DNA of 64,000 nucleotides, from contig NW_027252702.1 in the NCBI RefSeq assembly GCF_044704955.1, positions 620,001 to 684,000 on the forward strand, written 5' to 3'. The notes beneath the pieces were generated by a model. It was not told the origin of the DNA. It searched no databases and saw only the letters and a program-made list of their open reading frames with translations. This document shows, in pieces, positions 53,286 to 62,303 of the stretch. Both the position numbers and the translations under genes were made by a program. This DNA is from Pristiophorus japonicus (lineage: Eukaryota). The stretch's first letter is position 1. Each line of letters begins with the position of its first letter.

Positions 53286-55334
53286 TTAGAAAGAAAAGGG
53301 AGGCTCATACCCCTCGGGGTAAGGTCTCATCTCTAAACATTCTTTTTCATTATAGTCATCTAACTGTCCCTCTATTCTGTTTAACCTTCCTTTCACGATC
53401 ACATTTTTCTGCTCTATTTTTTCTACTAGGTTCATTACTTGTCCTAACAGGGATCTTACTTTCAGCCCCATTCCACAGACAATTAGCAGCAGAATCAGCA
53501 AAATTACACCAAGTACTACTATCGGGTGTATTGCCAGTTTTAATACCGCTGTTGCCCTGGGGGACCAGCCTAGGAATATATCCCACCAGTGATGCGCTGT
53601 TATAGAGGTAACTGTGTTTGCTATTCGTACTAATTGTCCCTTTTTAAAACTCATTTCTATCTCAAATTGGTGAATATCTCTGCCCCGCTTGGACAATGCC
53701 TTTTCTATTTCTTTGTCATTTTGTATTAGATTATGCAGTCGGGTTAAATTAATTGTAGGTGGTAATGGTTCAATTCTGTGCACCGTTAAATACTTCTCCA
53801 CATTTTTCCACTGTCCAAAAGTATAAGTTCTTTTTTCTTCTGGGTTATATAGAGTGTAAACTCCTTTCACACAAATATTAATAGGAGGTATATATAAAAT
53901 CCCGTCTAAGTAGACGGGTTTATTTCCTGTTAGGCAAACTTCGTTTTGGCCTATCTCTGAGACCTCTGTGTCATTAGCTTGTTTTAGTTCCCACTTGCAT
54001 ATTCCTGTCGAGTGCTGTAAAGAACATGGTTCGTGGATGGCGGTTCGGTAAGGACAAACCATCCCGAATGGCCATTTAACACATCCCCTGTCATGATGTG
54101 TTAGATTCCTTTCATCGACCCAGTCCCCTTTAAATTTTGGATACCAAAAGTTCTGTCCGAATAATTGGGGTATTACTTGATACTGACACCAAATTTCCTT
54201 CTTAGTCATACTTATTATTTCCATTGTGATATTACATCCGTCTATATCACAGCTAGTGTATTTTTCTTGAGGTTTGAGGGCAAGATCTGGAAACTTATTG
54301 ATTCCAAGTAATCTTTCCCAGGTCTCAGCGTGGAAAGATAGTATTTTCCTTTCTAACTCGGCTCTCAATAACTGTCTGATAGTCTCCTTAAACATGCAGC
54401 TGGTGTACCAATTTACCCCTTTCTGTTCCTTCATCAGGTTTTCGATTTCCTTTTCTATTTCTTTACTTTGCCTCCACGTCATTTTGTCTGTTATGTAGCC
54501 AGATACCTGTAGTTGCTGTAGCCCTTCATCCCACGCGTTTCTCAACTCTATACTTTCTCCTATTAGTCCTCCTACAACCTGGATTTTGTTTTGCAGGGTC
54601 TCTATATCTATTGTGTTCAAGGCTCCCATTCCTACTCCTACCCCACCTAATACAGTTCCCAGCACGTCTCGCTTTTTTCTCAAGGATCGGTCCAGTGTGA
54701 CTCCAACACTGGTCGTGTTGCAACCATCCCTCTCCCTTAGCGGATATAGGATTTGTATGGTTAAATTTACTATACCTGGGGATCTTACTACCGATATGCA
54801 GGTGGTCAATATTCGTTTTAAATGGCCCGGATCTCTGGGGGAATGCCTATTTTTATTATGTGTCCACTGTTTAATATAGGTTCCCCCATGTAGTATTTTT
54901 GTACGGTTCATGCACTTTACCCATCCTCTGTTTTCTATTTTAAAATGACAATCTTCTTCGGGGTCACAAAACGTGCCATTAGTTTCTTGGCTCTCAGCTA
55001 TTTCCTTGTTGGTCAGGCATGTCATATGTACCTTCCATTTCAAGGTTATGTTAAATCCTTCCTCACTGGTTATTTTCACTTCCCCTGATCTTGGGTCCAC
55101 CCCTATTCCGCAGGCCTCTCACCTTACTGTGAAGTTCCCCACTTTGCAATCCTCTTTTTCCGAACATACATAAGTGTCCTGCTGTCCTGCTTTGTCAATC
55201 GTGCCCCAGGCCATTTCTCCTTTCCATATTTTACCTTCTTTTATAAACCTTTCTTCTGTTTTAACTCTTCCCACTGCCAGAAGGATTAACATACCCAATG
55301 TCCCCTGATAGTTTTGCCAGGAGTCCTTCCTCAT
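53286..55334 (-). pseudogene. env: ERV env, interrupted by a single in-frame TGA at 55119-55121
   Basis: ORF 55119..55334 (signal peptide) is in frame with ORF 53286..55100. Furin site RKKR|DVLGTVLGGVGVGMGALN (fusion peptide), membrane anchor LAIHPIVVLGVILLILLLIVCGMGL, and several N-glycosylation sequons. Confidence 0.9.
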
Positions 55335-55461
55335 CTTCCTCCCTTTGTTTTCTTCTATAATGCTCCTGAACCAATTCGTTAAAATAATAGCTTACTAGTA
55401 CAATAGTAACAGTGATCCACAAGATAAAGACCCAAATTGGTATACAGGCAAGTTCTGACAT
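55261..55461 (-). CDS. Putative ERV accessory single-pass membrane protein (66 aa) overlapping the env start
   Basis: First ATG after a strong splice acceptor (tactcat-ccccttttgtttctaccgagccag|g, exon from 55500). N-terminal hydrophobic helix followed by basic and acidic clusters. Confidence 0.65.
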   Translation of the reverse strand: MSELACIPIWVFILWITVTIVLVSYYFNELVQEHYRRKQREEDEEGLLAKLSGDIGYVNPSGSGKS

Positions 55462-55556
55462 CTAGCTTGATACTTCGGGGTATTATGCTCTTAGTCCAGC
55501 CTGGCTCGGTAGAAACAAAAGGGGATGAGTACAGTTCTTTTCGGGGTGTGTCCGCC

Positions 55557-58500
55557 CTAGCTCGGTATTTCTTCTTCTTGCTGTGTTTCGTCTGGAAGGT
55601 AGTATTTACATCGGGTGGCGTGTATCCAATTTGGATGTTTTTCCAGTTTCAGGGCGGTTCTTGTTGTGAGGATTATCTGATATGGTCCCTTCCACCTAGG
55701 AGAAAAAGATTCCTTGTTTAGAGTTTTCACTAATACTTGCTCTCCCGGCCTGAAAGGGTGCATGTTTCCCTCTGACGGAGGTACTTGGGTCTGTTTTATT
55801 CGCTCATGCAGGCTTCTCGCTATTTCACACATGGCCTGAGCATATTTTAGCGACTTTTCGTCATTCCAAATTAATGCTACCTTTTCTGCTCCTAGTGGCG
55901 GTTTCACACCAGTAGGCATTGGCCTTCCTAATAAGGCTTCATGGGGTGTCAAACCAGTATTTCGGTTCTTTTGGTTTCTTATGGTATATAGTACCAATGG
56001 AAGGGCATCTGGCCATTTTAGTCCTATTTCTTGACATACTTTAGTAAGGGTGGACTTTATCACTCCATTGACTCTTTCCACCATGCCTGAGGACTGAGGT
56101 TGATACGGTATGTGCAATTTCCACTGGAAACCTAGCGCTTCGGCTAGATTCTGCACTATTTTTCCTGTAAAATGTGTTCCTCTGTCACTGTTGATTCCCA
56201 TAGGTATCCCATATCTTGGCACTATTTCTTTAAATAGGATCTTCACTACTGTTCGGGCATCATCCTTCCTTGTTGCATATGCCTCTACCCACCTTGTAAA
56301 CATATCTACTATTACTAATAGATACTTAAAGCCTAATACTGGAGGCATGTGGACAAAATCAATTTGCAAATTTTCAAAGGGCATGCTTGGTTGGGGTAGA
56401 TGGTCATATTCTGCAGGCGTCTTTCCTCTATTGTTTTGTTGGCAAATTTGGCAGGTTTTAGCAATTTTCTCAATTATTACTGTTATTCCTGGTGCATACC
56501 ATTGCGCATTGATAGCATGTATCATCCCTCCTTTGCCCATGTGAGCCTGACCATGAGCTAGGCGAGACAAGGGCAAAAACAAAGACCTGGGACATACAGT
56601 TCGTCCGTCAGGATGGGTCCAGATATTATTTTTTAAAAAACATCCTTGTTTCTCCCATGTTTTTCTTTCCTGCACTGTAACTTGTTGCTGTGCTATTTCA
56701 AGTTGTTGGGCGCTCAGTGTTGGCAGAGGGGAGACTGAGGCTGCCTGTAGGCAGCACGTCTGTTCCAAAGCGGCTCGTCGGGCCGCCTCGTCGGCCCTCC
56801 TATTTCCTATTGATACTTCATCTTCACCAGTTGTGTGGGCTGCGCATTTAATAACAGCAACCCTTTTTGGCAATTGAATGGCATCTATCAGGTTAAGCAC
56901 TAATTGTGAGTGCTTAATATGCTTCCCGCCAGAGGTGATGAAGCCTCTGTTTTTCCATAGTTGTCCAAAATCATGGACTACACCAAATGCATATCTTGAA
57001 TCGGTATATATATTAGCAGATTGATTTTTAGCTAATATACATGCTCTCGTTAGGGCGAACAATTCAGCTGCCTGTGCCGAGGTTCCGGGGGGCAAGGCAA
57101 ATGCCTCAACAATTTCATATGGGTTCACAATAGCATAGCCTGCCAGGAGCAAATTGTCTGATGGTCTGTGAGACGACCCATCTGTATAAAGAATGAGATC
57201 GGGATTGTCCATTGGTTCCGTAAGCAAATCTGGTCTAGGCATGGTAGCCATCTCCACTGTTGACAGACAGTCGTGCTGGTCTGGGTCCTCTATTTCTCTA
57301 GTGGAGCTGGTAGGAACAAAAACAGCAGGGTTTACTGCAGGCGCACGGCGAAAAGTGTAGTTAGGGTGTGACAACAGCAGCACCTCGTAGCCTGTCCTTC
57401 GGGATGCTGTGAAATGCTGAGTTGCTGCGGAATTCAACAATAACAGCACCGCATGCGCGGTGATAACAGTGCACGGATAGTCCAATACAATTGGTACTGA
57501 TTTTTCCACCATGACCGCAGTAGCGGCTACAGCACGCAGACAAGCAGGCATTCCTCGTACTACTGGGGGGAGCATTACCGAATAATAAGCAACTGGTCTA
57601 TTTCCCCCACCATGTTCTTGGGTTAACACTGCTGTTGCGAATCCTTCTTTTTCATTCACATACATTTGAAAAGGTTTCGAATAGTTCGGAAGTCCCAATG
57701 CTGGAGCGTTAGTAATAGCATTTTTTAACTGTTTAATTGCTTCTTCCCTCTCAGGGGTCCATTCCACTTTAGGTGGGGCTTCTTTTAGGGTAGTTGATTG
57801 TAGAGTCGCATCCCATTCCCGATAGTAGGGGATCCATTGTCTACAGTATCCCACCATCCCTAGAAAAGATAAAACATCCTTCTTTGTCCTTGGTGTGGGG
57901 GTGTTTTGGATGGTTTGAATTCTTTCAGGTCCCAGCTGCCTCTGCCCCTGGGATATACGAAACCCTAGGTACTGCACTTGGACTTGGCAGAATTGTAACT
58001 TTTGCAGTGAAACCCGATGCCCTCTTTCACATAGGTGCTGTAAAAGCTTTATAGAGTCTTGCATACATTCAAACCCGTGGCTGGAGGCCACGAGCAGATC
58101 GTCAGCGTATTGTAATAGCACCGACTGATCTGATAATGAGCAGTCCTCGAGGTCTCTTTTTACGGCTGCCGCATAAACTGCGGGGCTTTCGGTATACCCC
58201 TGGGGCAGCCTAGTCCACGTATACTGTTGTTTCTTATACGTGAAGGCAAACAAATATTGACTTTCCTCCTTTAAAGGGATGGAGAAGAATGCCGAACACA
58301 GATCTACTACAGTAAAGACAGTAGCTGTGGGTGGGATAGCGGATAGTATGATGTTGGTGTCCGGTACCACAGGGGTGATAGGGACTACTATCTTATTTAT
58401 AGCTCTTAGATCTTGTACAAATCTCCACTCATTTGGTCTATTAATCTTCGGGATAGGCAGTATCGGCGTATTACACGGGCTCTGTGTCTTTTTCAGGACG

Positions 58501-59705
58501 CCTTGCTCTAACAGTGCTAAGATGACTGGCTCTATCCCTTCTTCCGCCTCCGGTGGCAGTCTGTACTGCCTTATACTTGGCAATACAGCATTTTTTATCA
58601 ACTGTACCCTATGGGGCACCGCAGAATAGACTTGTCCAACATGGTTTTTATGTTTAGCCCAGAGTTCGGGGGACACTTGACTCAGTGCCATTGGTATGTT
58701 AGGGCTAGTTTGTCCGGGGGGTTGCTGTTTTTCAAACGTAGCATCGTGCCCTTTTCTCTCCCAGTGGAGAATTCCTCTGTCACGGGTGATAAATTCTAGC
58801 CGTATATCCTGCAGTTCTATCATCGCCCATGGTTGATAACCTGGTCGCTGTCTTTTCTCTTCTATGTCTAAGATCATCCCGCCCATGTCTTTAGGTTTTG
58901 CTGGGGGCTTTACAGCCAATGTCAGATGGGGTGTCGTATTTTCTTCTTTAAATCGTTTTTGTTGTAACGGTGTTAGCTCCACGGCCACCCCCAACCCTTC
59001 AGATCCGAAATAAATGTGGGGAGTAGCTTCTATTACTTCGTTTTTATTTAAGAACGGTTGCACAAAGCGCTGATAGTCTTCAGCCCTGTGTCGAGTATAC
59101 CAGGCTGTACAGTGAAGCTGAACTGCCTCAAAGCTTGTTAAGATGATATACAATAACTCTTTAATATTAGGGTCAATTTTAATCTTTAAGTTTTCCACTG
59201 CCTCTTTTATCAGGGGGGAGTAGAAGTTGCCACTCAGTTGCCAACTATAAAGGGCAGCACTTTCTTCATTCTTTTCCTCTTTCTCTCTTTCTATCCCATT
59301 AAAGAACTGATGAATGTTATTTGGAGGGATCTCCATAAACATCCCTTCCTTTGTGCAATATATTGTGGCTCCTAGTTTGCACAAAGTCTGTCTTCCTAAT
59401 AGAGGGAGAGGCGTTGTCTTAGAGACTATCAGGGTTTCGTCATTAACTTGTTGTCCTTCAATTGTCAATTTAGTAGGTTCGGATAAAAAATCTTTCAAGG
59501 GGACGCCGGCCACACCCATGCTTAAAACAGTGGTGTTGCTTACGGGTAATCCCACAGAGGGCGGTACAGAGGACATAGTGGCGCCGGTATCCACCAGGAA
59601 CTTTACATAAGTGTTTCCTACTTTTAGTATTGCTAAGGGATTTTCTTCTATGTCCGTTGATAAGCGAAGAGTCGCTGCCTGTACCGTTATGCCTCTGGGG
59701 CATCC
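55557..59705 (-). CDS. pol: ERV pro-pol: protease, 2H-phosphoesterase-like domain, RT, RNase H, integrase
   Basis: FLVDTGA and LLGR (protease); LHCT and PHLTL; LPQGYTESP and QYADDLL (RT); YTDGS, AQAAEL, YTDSRY (RNase H); HHCC, D-D-E and GPY (integrase). The frame is open from the gag stop onwards. Confidence 0.98.
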   Translation of the reverse strand, partial: GCPRGITVQAATLRLSTDIEENPLAILKVGNTYVKFLVDTGATMSSVPPSVGLPVSNTTVLSMGVAGVPLKDFLSEPTKLTIEGQQVNDETLIVSKTTPLPLLGRQTLCKLGATIYCTKEGMFMEIPPNNIHQFFNGIEREKEEKNEESAALYSWQLSGNFYSPLIKEAVENLKIKIDPNIKELLYIILTSFEAVQLHCTAWYTRHRAEDYQRFVQPFLNKNEVIEATPHIYFGSEGLGVAVELTPLQQKRFKEENTTPHLTLAVKPPAKPKDMGGMILDIEEKRQRPGYQPWAMIELQDIRLEFITRDRGILHWERKGHDATFEKQQPPGQTSPNIPMALSQVSPELWAKHKNHVGQVYSAVPHRVQLIKNAVLPSIRQYRLPPEAEEGIEPVILALLEQGVLKKTQSPCNTPILPIPKINRPNEWRFVQDLRAINKIVVPITPVVPDTNIILSAIPPTATVFTVVDLCSAFFSIPLKEESQYLFAFTYKKQQYTWTRLPQGYTESPAVYAAAVKRDLEDCSLSDQSVLLQYADDLLVASSHGFECMQDSIKLLQHLCERGHRVSLQKLQFCQVQVQYLGFRISQGQRQLGPERIQTIQNTPTPRTKKDVLSFLGMVGYCRQWIPYYREWDATLQSTTLKEAPPKVEWTPEREEAIKQLKNAITNAPALGLPNYSKPFQMYVNEKEGFATAVLTQEHGGGNRPVAYYSVMLPPVVRGMPACLRAVAATAVMVEKSVPIVLDYPCTVITAHAVLLLLNSAATQHFTASRRTGYEVLLLSHPNYTFRRAPAVNPAVFVPTSSTREIEDPDQHDCLSTVEMATMPRPDLLTEPMDNPDLILYTDGSSHRPSDNLLLAGYAIVNPYEIVEAFALPPGTSAQAAELFALTRACILAKNQSANIYTDSRYAFGVVHDFGQLWKNRGFITSGGKHIKHSQLVLNLIDAIQLPKRVAVIKCAAHTTGEDEVSIGNRRADEAARRAALEQTCCLQAASVSPLPTLSAQQLEIAQQQVTVQERKTWEKQGCFLKNNIWTHPDGRTVCPRSLFLPLSRLAHGQAHMGKGGMIHAINAQWYAPGITVIIEKIAKTCQICQQNNRGKTPAEYDHLPQPSMPFENLQIDFVHMPPVLGFKYLLVIVDMFTRWVEAYATRKDDARTVVKILFKEIVPRYGIPMGINSDRGTHFTGKIVQNLAEALGFQWKLHIPYQPQSSGMVERVNGVIKSTLTKVCQEIGLKWPDALPLVLYTIRNQKNRNTGLTPHEALLGRPMPTGVKPPLGAEKVALIWNDEKSLKYAQAMCEIARSLHERIKQTQVPPSEGNMHPFRPGEQVLVKTLNKESFSPRWKGPYQIILTTRTALKLEKHPNWIHATRCKYYLPDETQQEEEIPS

Positions 59706-61409
59706 CTATGCTGATTGATACGGATTGGGGTTAGAAAAGGAAAATTGAGGGGCTGGTGGAGGTGGAGGTTCGGAAAAGTTCCCTTGCGACCCTCTATTCT
59801 GTTTGGGCGGGCATCTACAGTCGCGAGCCCAATGCCCTATTCTTCCACAATTTCTACACTCATCTTGAGAGCGATCTCGCTGTGACCACTGTCCTCTTCC
59901 TCTTCCTCTACCCCTAAATCCCCCTCGATTCTGCGCCTGCCCTCCGCCTCTCTGCTGGTAATATTGACCTGTTGCTTTGGTTTTACTTACGTAATTGAAC
60001 AATCCCTCCCTGTCCATGTTTGCCAAGACAGTGACTGTCTCTTTCCAGGTTTTTCCTTGCCAATCTAAAACTTTAATTTTGTAGGTCTTTGCATGCTGTG
60101 GTAACATGCAGTTCAGCAGTGTTTGTACTGCTAAAGGTTCATTCGTATCTAAGGGTATTCCTGCATACTCCTCCCAGCTATTTTTCCACCTGGCTGCGAA
60201 ATCTATCATTGATTCTTCCGCTTTCTGCAAACAGCGAGTAACCTCCCCTATATCCCCATGTTGTCTAGCCCCTTGTAGAATTGCATTCCGTCCTCTATTC
60301 TGTAGCCAGTGTGTTAAAGATTCGTTTCCTTCATTTAGCAAATCATTATTAGCTCTCCAATCCCCTTCTTCTCCGGGCGGGATATGGAACATATCTTTTA
60401 CTCCCTGCCAGGAAGATCCGTACGCTGCTTGTAATAATAGTTTAACATCCCCTGGTAGCGCATTATAAATTGTACAGGTCTGCTCAAGCCAGTTATGAAA
60501 TGCAACAGGTTTCTTTACCGGGTTTGGGGCTGCAGAGATCATGTCTCTGGCCTCTCCCGGAGACCAGGGTTTTAAAACCGCTGTGGTTCCTATCATTACT
60601 CGGGGATTTTGGAGGAGGAGGGTAGAGTCGGCTTCTGCCTGAGCTGGGGTTGTTTGTGACCTTAGGACCATACCAGCTCTCAGATTGGCTCCCCCTCCCT
60701 CTGCTGCTTCAGCCTCTGCTGCTTCAGCCCCTGCTCCTAATACCCCCGGGTTTCCTTCATCAGCTCCTCCATTAGGTAGTGGGGCCGGGAAGACAGCTAG
60801 TTCTCCCTGGGCTTGATCTCTATGGGCAATAACCATTTCTAAAATTTCCTGCCAGCTATTTCGCTTTGGGGGTTCTATGCGAGGATAGAGTCCCACGGTT
60901 GGTGCTGAGGGGATAGGGAGGTTTGGAGGGCTATAAGAGGGAGGTTTTTCAGTTTCCCCCTTTTCTTTCTCTCCTGATTTATTCTCTGATATTTTTACTT
61001 TCGGAGGCTGATGTCTTTTTGCAACCTCTAGCCATTTAATAAAACATTCATCCATATAATCTTTGTCCCAAGTAGGGTCTCCTCCCCCTTCCTTAGTTAT
61101 TTTCCTCCATTCTTCGATTAAAGACAATTTAAAACTTCCTCCATATGGCCAGTCCCCATCAGACCAACCATATAAATCGCTACTAAATGTTACCGCGTAT
61201 CGGTCATCTCCTGTTTCTTTAATTACAGTGTCCGCCGGCGAGCCGGGTGGCACAATTGGATCTCCTACCTTCTCTCGTTGCTTTACTACCTTACGAATCC
61301 TTTTTTCAGTTTTACGCTGCATACTCATTCTTTTAGTTGGAGGGTCGGTTTTCTTCCCTTTTCTAGGAACTGGACGCAAGCATCCTGCTCGACTAGAGCT
61401 GTTTCCCAT
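59706..61409 (-). CDS. gag: ERV gag
   Basis: Myristoylation-type start MGNSSS (ATG at 61409), WPYGGSF matrix motif, late-domain motifs PPSY, PSAP and LYP, an MHR-like QKAEESMIDFAAR, and a single CCHC knuckle CRNCGRIGHWARDC. Ends in TAG. Confidence 0.96.
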   Translation of the reverse strand: MGNSSSRAGCLRPVPRKGKKTDPPTKRMSMQRKTEKRIRKVVKQREKVGDPIVPPGSPADTVIKETGDDRYAVTFSSDLYGWSDGDWPYGGSFKLSLIEEWRKITKEGGGDPTWDKDYMDECFIKWLEVAKRHQPPKVKISENKSGEKEKGETEKPPSYSPPNLPIPSAPTVGLYPRIEPPKRNSWQEILEMVIAHRDQAQGELAVFPAPLPNGGADEGNPGVLGAGAEAAEAEAAEGGGANLRAGMVLRSQTTPAQAEADSTLLLQNPRVMIGTTAVLKPWSPGEARDMISAAPNPVKKPVAFHNWLEQTCTIYNALPGDVKLLLQAAYGSSWQGVKDMFHIPPGEEGDWRANNDLLNEGNESLTHWLQNRGRNAILQGARQHGDIGEVTRCLQKAEESMIDFAARWKNSWEEYAGIPLDTNEPLAVQTLLNCMLPQHAKTYKIKVLDWQGKTWKETVTVLANMDREGLFNYVSKTKATGQYYQQRGGGQAQNRGGFRGRGRGRGQWSQRDRSQDECRNCGRIGHWARDCRCPPKQNRGSQGNFSEPPPPPAPQFSFSNPNPYQSA

Positions 61410-61738
61410 TCTCTCCGGGTGCAGTTTCTCGCGGTGTTTTCTGAAACGAGAGGTTAAGACACGCCCACAAAAATATATACACACACAGTATTTACAAAGT
61501 GCTCACCGGTGTCTCTTTTCGGCTCGGCTCGGGTCTCCTTTAGCTTTCTTGTTATTTTAGCTTCTTACGGTAGCTACCCTATGCCTCACCCTTCCGGGAT
61601 CTAGGCGGCTTGCCCCCTTTTCTAGGACAGCCTAGGCACTTTCCCCCTTAAGCTGGGAAAATCCTTTTAAAATTCCTCTTTTTCTTTTAAGCCAATTTTT
61701 AGTTTTAATTTTGTTCGTTTGGGATCTCGTTATCAGAG

Positions 61739-61756
61739 GTCCTGCAGACTTCGCCA
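61739..61756 (-). other. Primer-binding site, tRNA-Ser-like
   Basis: TGGCGAAGTCTGCAGGAC lies 5 nt after the 5' LTR. It matches 15/18 to the complement of the vertebrate tRNA-Ser 3' end as I recall it (TGGCGTAGTCGGCAGGAT). Confidence 0.75.
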
Positions 61757-61761
61757 GAAAC

Positions 61762-62303
61762 TGTCGAGGAAATTTCTAAGTTAAAGTAACTCAAGCGGAG
61801 ATTTCAGAGTCTTGCTTCAAGAGATTCTTTAATATGTACAGGCGAGATATCTCGGAGAGCTGCTTGGTCCTTACCAAGGCAATACTCTGAAATTCTATAG
61901 AAACTTGTTCCATCTTTATACAGAAAAAAAGGAATTTTATCTCTACAATTGACACCTACATTATTCAGGAACATTACCAATTCTAAACAGGGCACAAAGG
62001 TCAGTTTACACAGCCCAACAGTATCTTGTCACGTCATTATTCAATCTTTTCGAGGGTCAGCAAGATCATCACTAAAAGCCCCTCTTATCAGAGAAATCAG
62101 TTTGTCCAGGCAATGGGGGTATCTTAACATATACAAATACCAGATGTACAGCTTTCATGTTATCTGTTCTTTTCTAACAAAGAAGAGACATCAAGTATTT
62201 TCTGGCCTTGCAGGATTCTGCAGTCTCAGCACAGAATTAAACTTACTAAAAGGAAAAGAGAAATTTAACCCCTTCCTATATCGTGAACTAAAGTTCTTCC
62301 ACA
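61762..62303 (-). repeat. ERV 5' LTR (542 bp) with TATA box
   Basis: Direct repeat of 52694-53235. TATAAA on - at 61915-61920. Confidence 0.98.

Larger units (their letters stand above)
52694..62303 (-). mobile_element. Full-length endogenous retrovirus (class I, epsilon/gamma-related gag-pol)
   Basis: LTR-PBS-gag-pol-(small ORF)-env-PPT-LTR layout with TG...CA termini. TSD ATCAC at 52689-52693 and 62304-62308. Confidence 0.98.

Noticed and set aside
52736-53336. ORFs within the LTRs (63 aa on -, 151-154 aa on +)
   Set aside because: No recognisable motifs. They recur only because the LTRs are duplicates, and there is no evidence for a sag- or nef-like gene.
61410-61484. N-terminal extension of gag in the ORF track
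   Set aside because: Begins at a non-ATG codon. MGNSSS at 61409 is the myristoylation-type start. A glyco-Gag-like extension is unsupported because there is no hydrophobic anchor.
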